In this document: positions 8,949-17,360 of the stretch, one piece after another
Position numbering within the stretch: the first letter of the stretch is position 1
How the letters are laid out: each line of letters begins with the position of its first letter
NCBI GenBank assembly: GCA_051004675.1
Contig: JBPCKC010000012.1
Location: 12,232 to 76,231 of the forward strand
Reading direction: 5' to 3'
From: Solirubrobacterales bacterium
GTDB taxonomy: Bacteria; Actinomycetota; Thermoleophilia; Solirubrobacterales; 70-9
Length of the DNA stretch: 64,000 nucleotides
The notes under the pieces: generated by a model
Seen by the model: the letters and a program-made list of their open reading frames with translations, nothing else
The model's database searches: none
Told to the model about the DNA's origin: nothing
Made by a program: the position numbers and the translations under genes

Positions 8949-9161
8949 ATGTCAGCACTGGCGCGGAGGATCCGCACCACCAGCCGCGATCAGCGGGGCC
9001 AGGGGACGGTCGAGTACGTCGGCCTGATCCTCCTGGTCAGCCTCCTCATGGTCGGCATGGTCGCCGCCATGAAGGGGTTCAACGGCGAGTCCGGGACGGA
9101 GATCGCCGAGGTCATCGTCGCCAAGATCAAGGCGGCGGTCAACGCGATCACGTTCCGCTAG
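8949..9161 (+). CDS. Flp-family (type IVb) pilin-like protein
   Basis: 70 aa: MSALARRIRTTSRDQRGQGTVEYVGLILLVSLLMVGMVAA... This matches the Flp G/XXXXEY prepilin motif followed by a hydrophobic helix. SD AAGGGAGG lies 5-6 nt upstream of ATG 8949. Confidence 0.7.
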   Translation: MSALARRIRTTSRDQRGQGTVEYVGLILLVSLLMVGMVAAMKGFNGESGTEIAEVIVAKIKAAVNAITFR

Positions 9162-9265
9162 CCGGCCCTCAGCCGTCCGCCTCGACCCCGCACCTGGACG
9201 GTTGCGGGGGACGGCGGGCGGGTGCTGCACGGCGGGGTCCGGTACGGGGTGAAACACTCAGGAGC

Positions 9266-9994
9266 ATGTCCCGCAGCTACGACCGCAGCCCCGCCGACCT
9301 GCGCCCGGTGGAGATCGAGCCGGGGTTCGTCCGCACCGCCACCGGCTCGGCCCTCTACTCGCAGGGCGAGACCCGAATCATCTGCACCGCGTCCGTCAGC
9401 GCCAGGGTCCCTCGCTGGATGGAGGGCCGTGGTCGCGGCTGGGTGACCGCGGAGTACGCGATGCTTCCCGCCTCGACTGGGGAGCGCAAGGAGCGCGACA
9501 CCAAGAAGGGGCGCCAGGACGGCCGCGGGGTCGAGATCCAGCGGCTGATCGGCCGTTCCCTGCGCGCGGTGGTAGACCTCGAGGCGCTCGGGGAGCGCTC
9601 CGTCTACGTGGACTGCGACGTCCTCCAGGCCGACGGCGGCACCCGTTGCGCCTCGATCACGGGCGGGTTCGTGGCCCTGCGGCTGGCCCTCGACTCGCTG
9701 ATGAAAGCGGGCGAGATCGAGCGCGATCCGCTCACCGGGACGCTCGCCGCGATCAGCTGCGGCATCGTGGACGGCGAGGCCCTGTGCGACCTCGACTACT
9801 CCGAGGACTCGCGCGCTGAGGTCGACGCGAACGTCGTCATGTCCGGCGACGGGGGCCTCGTCGAGGTTCAGGCGACGGCTGAGCAGACCCCCGTTTCCCG
9901 CGCGCGCCTCGACGAGCTTCTGGCGTTGGCCGAGCCCGCGATCGCCTCCCTTCGCGACGCTCAGGAAGCGGTGCGGGCCTCCGCTCCGAGCTGA
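9266..9994 (+). CDS. rph: ribonuclease PH
   Basis: LRPVEIEPGFVRTATGSALYSQGETRIICTAS...GWVTAEYAMLPASTGER...DCDVLQADGGTRCASITG. Start at ATG 9266 behind AGGAG. Confidence 0.93.
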   Translation: MSRSYDRSPADLRPVEIEPGFVRTATGSALYSQGETRIICTASVSARVPRWMEGRGRGWVTAEYAMLPASTGERKERDTKKGRQDGRGVEIQRLIGRSLRAVVDLEALGERSVYVDCDVLQADGGTRCASITGGFVALRLALDSLMKAGEIERDPLTGTLAAISCGIVDGEALCDLDYSEDSRAEVDANVVMSGDGGLVEVQATAEQTPVSRARLDELLALAEPAIASLRDAQEAVRASAPS

Positions 9995-10614
9995 TGACGC
10001 CGGAGCGCCTGGTGCTCGCAACGCGCAACGACCACAAGCTGCGCGAGTTGGCCCAGATCCTCGAGGGGGTCGAACTGCTCCCCCTGCCCGACGACGTCGA
10101 GCTTCCACCCGAGACCGGTCAGTCGTTTGCGGCCAACGCGCTCGTCAAGGCGCGCACGGCACGGTCCGCGACCGGCCAGCCCGCCATCGCCGACGACTCC
10201 GGCATCGAGGCGAGCGCGCTCGACGGGCGCCCCGGAGTCCGTTCCGCGCGCTACGCGGGGCCCGGCGCGAGCGACACCGAGAATCTGGCTCTGCTGATCC
10301 GGGAGCTGCGCGAGCACGAGGATCGGTCCGTCGCCTACGTCTGCGCGCTCGCTTACGTGGACGAGGCCGGGCGGGAGCATCTGTTCGAGGGGCGCTGCGA
10401 GGGCGAGTTGGCGCGCGACCCCCGCGGGCTGGGCGGGTTCGGCTACGACCCGGCATTCATCCCCCGCGACCTCGACCCGCCCGACGAGCGCACGATGGCC
10501 GAGCTGAGCGACTCCGAGAAGCACGCGATCAGCCATCGCGGGCGGGCTGCCCGGGCGCTGGCCGTGCACCTGGGCATCGAGGTCGACGATCCGGCGCGGG
10601 ACGGCCGGCGATGA
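9994..10614 (+). CDS. rdgB: non-canonical purine NTP pyrophosphatase (RdgB/HAM1)
   Basis: LVLATRNDHKLRE, ADDSGIE, GFGYDPAF and SHRGRA motifs. Overlaps the rph stop. Confidence 0.9.
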   Translation: MTPERLVLATRNDHKLRELAQILEGVELLPLPDDVELPPETGQSFAANALVKARTARSATGQPAIADDSGIEASALDGRPGVRSARYAGPGASDTENLALLIRELREHEDRSVAYVCALAYVDEAGREHLFEGRCEGELARDPRGLGGFGYDPAFIPRDLDPPDERTMAELSDSEKHAISHRGRAARALAVHLGIEVDDPARDGRR

Positions 10615-11534
10615 TTCGCACGAAGACCGGGGCCGCCATGCTGTCGGTCGCATCCAACTCGATTCTCATCGCCTTGAAGGTCGCCGCCGGGGCGATCACC
10701 GGCTCGATCGCGATCATCACCGAGGCGCTGCACTCGGCCATCGACCTGATGGCCTCGGTCGTAGCGCTGGTCTCGGTGCGAAAGGCCGACGAGCCGGCCG
10801 ACGCCGAGCACCCCTATGGGCACGAGCGGGTCGAGAACCTGGCGGCCGCGATCGAGGGGATGCTGATCCTGGTCGGCGCCGCGGTAATCGTCTACGAGGC
10901 TACCCGCCGGCTGGCCGGCGGCGAGGCCGGGATGCTGGAGGACCTGGGCATCGGCATCGCCGTGATCGCGGTCTCCGCCATCGCCAACGCTTGCATCGCC
11001 CTGTTCCTGCGGCGTCGCGCGCGCGAGCTCTCCTCGCCCGCGCTCGCGGGTGACGCCGCCCACCTGGGCACCGATGCGCTGACGTCAGTGGGCGTCCTCG
11101 CGGGCCTGGTGCTGGTGGAGATCACCGGCGAGCCGGCCTTCGACGCGATCGCCGCCCTCTGCGTCGCCGCGGCGATCGTGGTCGCCGGGATCAGGATCCT
11201 CACCCGCTCGGGGCGGGTGCTGGTGGACGAGGCGCCGCCGAAGGAGGAGCTGGACCGGATCGAGGCCGTGATCTCTGCCCAGCGTCGCGGCGCCCCCGAG
11301 ATCTTCGGGTATCACAAGCTGCGGGCCCGGCGCTCGGGGGCGCACCTTCACATCGACCTCCACCTCCAGTTCCACTCCGGCACCAGCCTGGAGCGCGCGC
11401 ACACCCTGGCCCACGCGCTACGCGACGCGATCGAAGCGGACTTCGAGGGCGCCCAGGTCCTGATCCACACCGAGCCCGAGGGCTCCTACCACGAGCCGGA
11501 CGCCCTCGCCGGCGACCCGGGGCGCGCGGGCTAG
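10611..11534 (+). CDS. cation diffusion facilitator family transporter
   Basis: SNSILIALKVAAGAITGSIAIITEALHSAIDL...HPYGHERVE and a C-terminal cytoplasmic domain. ATGA overlap with rdgB. Confidence 0.88.
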   Translation: MIRTKTGAAMLSVASNSILIALKVAAGAITGSIAIITEALHSAIDLMASVVALVSVRKADEPADAEHPYGHERVENLAAAIEGMLILVGAAVIVYEATRRLAGGEAGMLEDLGIGIAVIAVSAIANACIALFLRRRARELSSPALAGDAAHLGTDALTSVGVLAGLVLVEITGEPAFDAIAALCVAAAIVVAGIRILTRSGRVLVDEAPPKEELDRIEAVISAQRRGAPEIFGYHKLRARRSGAHLHIDLHLQFHSGTSLERAHTLAHALRDAIEADFEGAQVLIHTEPEGSYHEPDALAGDPGRAG

Positions 11535-11597
11535 AGGAGTGATCTCAACGACCGCCGGGCACCTTCGCCCCGACGTCGTCGTCCTCGTCATGCGCCT

Positions 11598-11738
11598 TCA
11601 GAGAAGGTTCACCGCTGCCGCGGCGCCGACGGCCCCGACGGTGATCGAGTACCCCACGTAGCCGTTCAGGGCGAGCAGGATCACGGCGATCGCGCAGAGG
11701 CCGACGACGATCAGCCACGAGACCTTGGAGACGGACAC
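11598..11738 (-). CDS. possible 46-aa small membrane protein
   Basis: Hand-translated: VSVSKVSWLIVVGLCAIAVILLALNGYVGYSITVGAVGAAAAVNLL. GTG start, very high GC3, below the track length cutoff. No homology claim. Confidence 0.3.
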   Translation of the reverse strand: MSVSKVSWLIVVGLCAIAVILLALNGYVGYSITVGAVGAAAAVNLL

Positions 11739-11744
11739 GGCCTA

Positions 11745-11750
11745 TATCTT
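11745..11750 (+). promoter_or_regulatory. -10-like TATCTT placed 6 nt before ATG 11757 (leaderless-type start)
   Basis: Sequence reads cctataTCTTtgacgaATG, with no purine-rich SD between the hexamer and the ATG. Confidence 0.35.
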
Positions 11751-11756
11751 TGACGA

Positions 11757-12176
11757 ATGAGCCGGACAGAGGGGGAGCGGGGTCCCACGGGCTCCCCGCC
11801 GAATGAGGCCGAAGCCGAGCTGGCGGTCGCGCGGATGGCCGAGATGTCGGTCGATATGCGCGCCTGCGCCGTGCTCGATGCGGCGGGTGGGGAGCTCGCC
11901 TCCAGCGGCGGATCCGGCTGGGCCCGTGCCGGTGCGGCCTTCCTCGCCGCGGCGGATGGGGCCGGCGAGGAGGCGGCGTCGCAGGTCCATGTCGCCACCG
12001 AGGACGGCGAGGCGTTCGCGGTTCGTGAGGGTGGCCTCGCGATGGTCGCCGTCGCCGAGCGCTTCACGCTGGCGTCGCTCATGCTCTTCGATATGCGCAT
12101 GGTCCTGCGCGACCTCGCCTCGGGCGACGGGGTCCCCGACCGCCGCGCGCCCGGCCCCGAGCCGGAGGCGGCGTGA
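11757..12176 (+). CDS. roadblock/LC7 (MglB-like) domain protein, tentative
   Basis: 139 aa. ACAVLDAAGGELASSG...QVHVATEDGEAFAVREGGLAMVAVAERFTLASLMLFDMRMVLRDL fits the roadblock/LC7 alpha-beta-alpha pattern by eye. High GC3. Confidence 0.55.
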   Translation: MSRTEGERGPTGSPPNEAEAELAVARMAEMSVDMRACAVLDAAGGELASSGGSGWARAGAAFLAAADGAGEEAASQVHVATEDGEAFAVREGGLAMVAVAERFTLASLMLFDMRMVLRDLASGDGVPDRRAPGPEPEAA

Positions 12177-12388
12177 TGGTCGCCAAGCCCCACCGGATCC
12201 TCCTCGAGCGCGTCTCGAGCTACGCGGACGAGGCGGGCGCCTACCTGCGCCGGCGCCGCGCCACCCGCAAGCCATTCGCGCGGGTGTTCTACCCAGGCGG
12301 GCGCAGCTCGGCCCACGAGGCCGGGACGGAGGCGGGCCGCGCTCTCTTCCTCGCCGCCTCGCGCCTGATCGACGCCGCCGACCGCTGA
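12173..12388 (+). CDS. hypothetical 71-aa basic protein, translationally coupled to the roadblock-like gene
   Basis: GTGATG overlap with the upstream stop. High GC3. No family recognised. Confidence 0.5.
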   Translation: MMVAKPHRILLERVSSYADEAGAYLRRRRATRKPFARVFYPGGRSSAHEAGTEAGRALFLAASRLIDAADR

Positions 12389-12407
12389 CCGGCCCCGCGG
12401 TCCCGGG

Positions 12408-13850
12408 GTGGCCTGGGCGGCTCAGTATGTTCATGGCGTGGCGACAGACCGGCCCGAGGAGCTGATCCCGCCCGAGCTCGCGGCCCGCGTGCTCGAGCGC
12501 GCCCTTGCACGCGGCGGGGACTTCGCCGAGGTCTTCTGCGAGGACCGCGCGGGGTTCGCCCTCACCATCGACGAGTCGCGCATCGAGGGCGCCCAGCGTG
12601 GCGGTGAACGCGGCGCCGGCGTCCGCGTCGTCACGGGGGAGACCACCTACTTCGCCCACGTGGACGGGCTGGATGAGTCCGACCTCATGCGTGCCGCCGG
12701 CTCGGCCGCGGCGGCGCTCGGCGGCGACCGCGCCGAGCCGCTCAAGCTCGGCGCGGCCGAGTTGCCGAAGCTCCAAGAGATCACCACCGACCCCGCCGGC
12801 GTGCCCGCCGAGCGCAAGGCCGATCTGCTTCGCGCATGCGATGAGCGAGCACGAGCCGCGGGCGATGCGGTCGACGTCGTCAACGCCTCCTACTCCGAGG
12901 GCCGGCGGCGGGTGACGGTCGCGAACTCGCAGGGGCGCTTCGCCTCCGACGATCGGACCCGGGTCCGCCTGGGTGTCCAGGTCGTCGCACGGCGAAACGG
13001 CGCGGTCGAGCGCGGATTCGAGACGCTTGGCGCGCATCGCGGCTGGGAGCTGGTGGACGCTGGCGCGGGCGAGGAGATCGCCGAGCAGGCCGCCCGCGTG
13101 GCGCTGACTCTGCTCGACGCGGGCGACGCTCCCGCGGGGGCGATGCCCGTCGTCGTGGGGGGTGGCTTCGGCGGGGTGCTGTTCCACGAGATGACGGGCC
13201 ACGGGCTCGAGGCCGACCACGTCCAAAAGCACGCGTCGGTCTACGAGGGCAAGCTCGGCGAGCAGGTCGCGCAGCCGCACCTGGTCGCCTACGACGACGG
13301 CATCCTCCCCAACGAGTGGGGCACGGACGGCATCGACGACGAGGGGACGCCGATGCAGAAGACGCCGGTGATCGAGGAGGGCCGCGTCACGTCCTACCTT
13401 CACGACCTGCGAAGCGCGCGTAGGGACTCGGTGGCCTCGACCGGCAACGGGCGGCGCCAGAGCTTCCGCCACCTTCCGATCCCCCGGATGACCAACACCT
13501 ACATCGCGCCGGAGCCGGGGGCGGCGCCCGCGGACCTGATCGCCGGGGTCGACCGCGGCTTCTACGCGGTGTCCTTCCAGGGCGGCCAGGTCGATCCCAC
13601 GACGGGCGACTTCGTCTTCGGCACCTCCGAGGGGTACCTGATCGAGGATGGGAAGGTGACCAGCCCCTGCAAGGGTGCCACGCTGATCGGCAACTGCCTC
13701 ACCGCGCTCGGGCGGATCGACGCCGTGGCCGACGACTTCCGGATGAAGACGGGGTTCTGCGGCAAAGGAGGGCAAATCGTTCCCGTGGGGACCGGGCAGG
13801 GGCACGTACGGATCTCGGAGCTCACCGTCGGCGGCACCGCGGTCGGCTGA
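12408..13850 (+). CDS. tldD: metalloprotease TldD
   Basis: GVRVVTGETTYFAH, HEMTGHGLEADH (HExxxH) and a C-terminal GFCGKGGQ motif. Start is GTG 12408 or GTG 12438. Confidence 0.9.
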   Translation: MAWAAQYVHGVATDRPEELIPPELAARVLERALARGGDFAEVFCEDRAGFALTIDESRIEGAQRGGERGAGVRVVTGETTYFAHVDGLDESDLMRAAGSAAAALGGDRAEPLKLGAAELPKLQEITTDPAGVPAERKADLLRACDERARAAGDAVDVVNASYSEGRRRVTVANSQGRFASDDRTRVRLGVQVVARRNGAVERGFETLGAHRGWELVDAGAGEEIAEQAARVALTLLDAGDAPAGAMPVVVGGGFGGVLFHEMTGHGLEADHVQKHASVYEGKLGEQVAQPHLVAYDDGILPNEWGTDGIDDEGTPMQKTPVIEEGRVTSYLHDLRSARRDSVASTGNGRRQSFRHLPIPRMTNTYIAPEPGAAPADLIAGVDRGFYAVSFQGGQVDPTTGDFVFGTSEGYLIEDGKVTSPCKGATLIGNCLTALGRIDAVADDFRMKTGFCGKGGQIVPVGTGQGHVRISELTVGGTAVG

Positions 13851-13854
13851 GCGG

Positions 13855-15231
13855 ATGACCGCCGACGCCACAGCCGAACTCGAGACCGTGACCGGCCGCG
13901 CGGTCGACGCGGCGCTCAGCGCCGGCGCCCAGGACGCGGAGGCCGCTGCCCAGGACTCCGTGGGCCGCGAGATCCGGATCTTCGACGGCGAGGTCGAGAG
14001 TCTCACCGAGGCGGGGGAGAGGGGTCTCGGCGTGCGCGCCTGGATCGAGGGCCGGGTGGGTTTCGCATACGGCACCGACCTAAGCGACGAAGGCGTGGAG
14101 CGCATCGCGGGCGACGCCGTCGAGGCGGCGCGCGTCTCCGACGCCGACGAGTTCGCCGCTGCGCCCGAGCCGGTCGGACACTCCGCCGAGGCCGGGGACT
14201 TTTACGACGCCCAGGTCGCGGCCACGCCCACCGAGGTGAAGGTCGGGATCGCCAAGGCGATCGAGCGCAGCGCGCGCGAGGCGGACGGCCGCGTGGTCGC
14301 GGTCGAGACGACCGTCTACGTGGACGAGGAGGAGCGCTCGGCGCTGCGCTCCTCACGCGGTGTGGGCGGCTCGCACGAGGCGACCTTCGCCTACGCCTAC
14401 CTCCAGGCGATCGCCGAGGAGAATGGCTCGAAGCAGACGGGACTGGGGTTCGGCCTGGGCCGTTCGCCGATCGCACTCGATCCGCAGGCAATCGGCCGCG
14501 AGGCGGCGGAACGCTCCGTGCAGCTCCTGGGCGCGTCGAAGCCGCGGTCGCGAATCTGCCCGGTGGTGCTCGATCCCACCGTCGCCGCCAGCTTCACCGG
14601 CTTCATCGGCGGGGTCCTGTGCGCGGACGCCGTCCAGCGCGGGCGCTCCCCGTTCGCGGGCCGGTTGGGGGAACGGATCGCCTCCGACGCCTTCGCCCTC
14701 ACCGACGACGGGCTCGATCCCGAAGGGATGGCCTCGGCCCCCGTGGATGCCGAAGGGCTCGCGAGGACCAGCACGGCCCTGATCGACGAGGGGCGGCTCG
14801 AGACCTATCTGCACGACTCCTATACCGCCCGGCGCGAGGGCGGGGGCCAGGCGTCCACCGCGAGCGCGTCGCGCGCCGGCTATCGGAGCGCGCCCTCGGT
14901 CTCGACCTCCAACCTCATCATCGCGCCGGGAACGGCCGGCCTCGACGAGCTTTTCGCCCAAGCCGGCGACGGGGTTTACATCACCGACGTCGCGGGCCTG
15001 CATTCCGGCGTCAACCCGGTCTCCGGTCAGTTCTCGGTGGGGGCGTCGGGCGTGCTCATCGAGGGCGGCGAGCTGACCGCGGCGGCGACCGAGTTCACGA
15101 TCGCCTCCGACCTCGTCGCGATGCTCTCCGCGGTCCGGGCCGCCGGATCCGAGGCGCGGTGGGTGCCGTTCGGCGGATCCGTGAAGGCTCCGCCTCTGCT
15201 GATCGCCGAGATGACGGTCGGCGGGACCTAG
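13855..15231 (+). CDS. pmbA: TldD partner PmbA/TldE
   Basis: TldD/PmbA-family paralog without HExxxH, 4 nt after tldD. GLGVRAWIEGRVGFAYGTD and a C-terminal GGSVKAPPLLI motif. Confidence 0.88.
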   Translation: MTADATAELETVTGRAVDAALSAGAQDAEAAAQDSVGREIRIFDGEVESLTEAGERGLGVRAWIEGRVGFAYGTDLSDEGVERIAGDAVEAARVSDADEFAAAPEPVGHSAEAGDFYDAQVAATPTEVKVGIAKAIERSAREADGRVVAVETTVYVDEEERSALRSSRGVGGSHEATFAYAYLQAIAEENGSKQTGLGFGLGRSPIALDPQAIGREAAERSVQLLGASKPRSRICPVVLDPTVAASFTGFIGGVLCADAVQRGRSPFAGRLGERIASDAFALTDDGLDPEGMASAPVDAEGLARTSTALIDEGRLETYLHDSYTARREGGGQASTASASRAGYRSAPSVSTSNLIIAPGTAGLDELFAQAGDGVYITDVAGLHSGVNPVSGQFSVGASGVLIEGGELTAAATEFTIASDLVAMLSAVRAAGSEARWVPFGGSVKAPPLLIAEMTVGGT

Positions 15232-15300
15232 CTGGCTGTCCTTGTCGCAGACGACCCCACGGTCACTCGCGCGAACCCTCACGTCCTAACCTCCCGGACG

Positions 15301-15579
15301 GTGAGCCTGCGCGCCGGCCCCTACACCTTCTCGCACGTGACCTATGACGGTCCGAGCGACGTCCTCTATGCGGCGATCGACGCTCCGCGCCGGGGCTCGC
15401 GTGAGCCCACGCCCGAGGCGCACCAGCTGCGCTTCGACGAGGAGGGGCGCTTCTTCGGGCTCACGCTGGTCAACCCGAGCGAGCAGCTTCGCCGCGAGGG
15501 GGCCGTGTACGTCAGCCTGCCCTCCGGGGAGCGGGTCAGGGTCCAGGGCGCGGAAGCCGCCATCCGCGGCGGGAGCTGA
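15301..15579 (+). CDS. DUF2283-like small protein
   Basis: 92 aa. VTYDGPSDVLYAAID...FDEEGRFFGLTLVN resembles the DUF2283 pattern. GTG start. Confidence 0.5.
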   Translation: MSLRAGPYTFSHVTYDGPSDVLYAAIDAPRRGSREPTPEAHQLRFDEEGRFFGLTLVNPSEQLRREGAVYVSLPSGERVRVQGAEAAIRGGS

Positions 15580-15631
15580 TGGCCATTCTCACATCGCGCC
15601 CGCGCGGGCCGTTCTCCCGGTGAAGCCCCCG

Positions 15632-16126
15632 ATGCCCAAGCCGTTGCCCCCGTTTCAGGCGTTCCTCGACGAGCACCGCGCTCCGGTGCTCGCGCTCCTG
15701 CGCTCGATGGTGGGCCCGGTCGACGCCGACGACTGCTTTCAGGAGACCTTCATGTCAGCCATGCGCGCGTACGAGACCCTCGACGGAAGCCACCCCCGGG
15801 CTTGGGTGATGACGATCGCGCGGCGCAAGGCGATCGACCACCACCGGGGGCAGGCGCGCCGCCCAGAGCCGAGGGCGGAGCTCCCCGAGCGGCCCGCCCG
15901 CGAGGCGTTGCCAGCGGCCCGGGACGGCGCGGGCGAGCTCTGGGCTGAGGTCGCGGAGCTCCCGCCCAAGCAGCGCCAGGCGGTCGCCATGCGCTTCGCC
16001 GCCGACCTCGCCTACGCGGACATCGCCCGGGCCCTGGGGTGCTCGGAGGAGGCCGCCCGACGCAGCGTTCATGAGGGCCTCAAGCGCCTGCGGGAGAGCC
16101 CCGCCGTCGTACCGGAGGCGGCGTGA
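15632..16126 (+). CDS. ECF-type RNA polymerase sigma factor
   Basis: Region 2 (DADDCFQETFMSAMRAY...AWVMTIARRKAIDHHR) and region 4 (LPPKQRQAVAMRFAADLAYADIARALGCSEEAARRSVHEGLKRL). ATG 15632 is in frame within track ORF 15344..16126. Confidence 0.85.
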   Translation: MPKPLPPFQAFLDEHRAPVLALLRSMVGPVDADDCFQETFMSAMRAYETLDGSHPRAWVMTIARRKAIDHHRGQARRPEPRAELPERPAREALPAARDGAGELWAEVAELPPKQRQAVAMRFAADLAYADIARALGCSEEAARRSVHEGLKRLRESPAVVPEAA

Positions 16127-16755
16127 GCGGACCAGGGACAGCCGGCCTGGAGCGCAGGCTGCGCCAAGCGGCGCGGGTCTCAGACGAAGATGCCGCCGCG
16201 GCGGCGGCGCGGCTCGCGGACCGCGCCGACGCGGATGGCGTCCTCGAGGTGGGCTACGCGACGATCGACACCCCGCTCGGGCCGATGCTCCTGGCCGCCA
16301 CCGGGCTTGGGCTCGTCCGGGTCGCGCTACCGCGCGAGACGTTCGACGATGTTCTCGGCGAGCTGGCCGAGCGGGTCTCACCGCGGTTGCTCGAGCGCGC
16401 CGGCCGCGTGGACGCCGCCCGGCGCGAGCTCGACGAGTACTTCTCCGGGGACCGCACGAGCTTCGACCTTCCCCTGGATCGCCGCCTGATCAGCGGGCCG
16501 TTTCGCGCCAGCATCCTCGAGGCGGCGAGCGAGGTCCCGTACGGCGTCGCGATCACCTACGCAGAGGTGGCGGCGCGCGCCGGGAGCCCGCGCGCGCACC
16601 GGGCGGCGGGCAGCGCGCTGGGCACGAACCCGATCCCGATCGTGATCCCCTGCCACCGCGTGGTGCGCGCCGGGGGCGCGATCGGCAATTACGGTGGCGG
16701 GCCCGAAGTCAAGCGCTTCCTGCTGCGCCACGAGGGGTGGCTGCAGGAGGATTGA
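16123..16755 (+). CDS. ogt: methylated-DNA--protein-cysteine methyltransferase with ~40-aa N-terminal extension
   Basis: Active site IVIPCHRVV. YGVAITYAEVA and GGGPEVKRFLLRHEG motifs. GTGA overlap with the sigma-factor stop. Confidence 0.88.
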   Translation: MSGPGTAGLERRLRQAARVSDEDAAAAAARLADRADADGVLEVGYATIDTPLGPMLLAATGLGLVRVALPRETFDDVLGELAERVSPRLLERAGRVDAARRELDEYFSGDRTSFDLPLDRRLISGPFRASILEAASEVPYGVAITYAEVAARAGSPRAHRAAGSALGTNPIPIVIPCHRVVRAGGAIGNYGGGPEVKRFLLRHEGWLQED

Positions 16756-16764
16756 GAAGCCGGC

Positions 16765-16794
16765 TTGACATGTAAAGCTTCACCTTGATAAGGT
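16765..16794 (+). promoter_or_regulatory. promoter candidate TTGACA-N18-TAAGGT
   Basis: TTGACA at 16765-16770 and TAAGGT (TANNNT) at 16789-16794, in a conspicuously AT-rich island. ATG 16803 lies 8 nt after the -10, with no SD. Confidence 0.5.
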
Positions 16795-16802
16795 GCCAAG
16801 CT

Positions 16803-17318
16803 ATGTCAAGTGGAACTGAAGGCGTTGGGCAGACCACGGCGGGGCTCGGGCCGGCCGCGGTCGGCCTTACCAAGCGCCAGCGCGAAGTGATGGAGCGGCT
16901 CGAGCTCGGCTACTCGGTCAAGCAGATCGCCACGGACACGGGGGTCTCCCGTGCCGCCGTCTACCAGACGATCGAGCGCCTGCGGCGCCAGGGCGCCGTG
17001 GCGGAGACCTTCACGCCGTCCGGCGCGCCCGCCAGGGGAGCGTCCGGGGGCCAGCTGCCCGCCGGACCCCTCGCCGCTGCACCGCGGGAGAGCCGTCTGT
17101 CGGAGCTCCGAGATCTTGCTGGGGGGGGTGCCGGCGAAGCCGCGCGTGCGGAGGCGATCGAAGGAGCGATCGCCTCTGGCGACGTGGCCGCGCTCGCTTA
17201 CGAGCTCGGCCGCGCTGATGCCGAGGGCCGCGAAGACATGACCGCGAAGCTGGCCTTCTCGGCGCTGCGGCGGCTGGGCGCGGTGCGAGCCGCTGACACG
17301 CAGAGCGCCGAGAACTAG
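16803..17318 (+). CDS. LuxR/GerE-type helix-turn-helix protein
   Basis: LTKRQREVMERLELGYSVKQIATDTGVSRAAVYQTIERLRRQG near the N-terminus, then an Ala/Gly-rich tail. Track start TTG 16785 falls inside the promoter, so ATG 16803 is preferred. Confidence 0.7.
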   Translation: MSSGTEGVGQTTAGLGPAAVGLTKRQREVMERLELGYSVKQIATDTGVSRAAVYQTIERLRRQGAVAETFTPSGAPARGASGGQLPAGPLAAAPRESRLSELRDLAGGGAGEAARAEAIEGAIASGDVAALAYELGRADAEGREDMTAKLAFSALRRLGAVRAADTQSAEN

Positions 17319-17360
17319 TACAACATCGGCGCTGCCAACTTAATCGAGGAGAGCTAACAC

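Noticed and set aside
11742-14105. 787-aa minus-strand ORF
   Set aside because: It is antisense to the roadblock-like gene, tldD and pmbA, which carry clear family motifs (HEMTGHGLE and others). Its translation is Arg/Pro/Gly/Ala-rich with no motifs. This is a typical open antisense frame in high-GC DNA.
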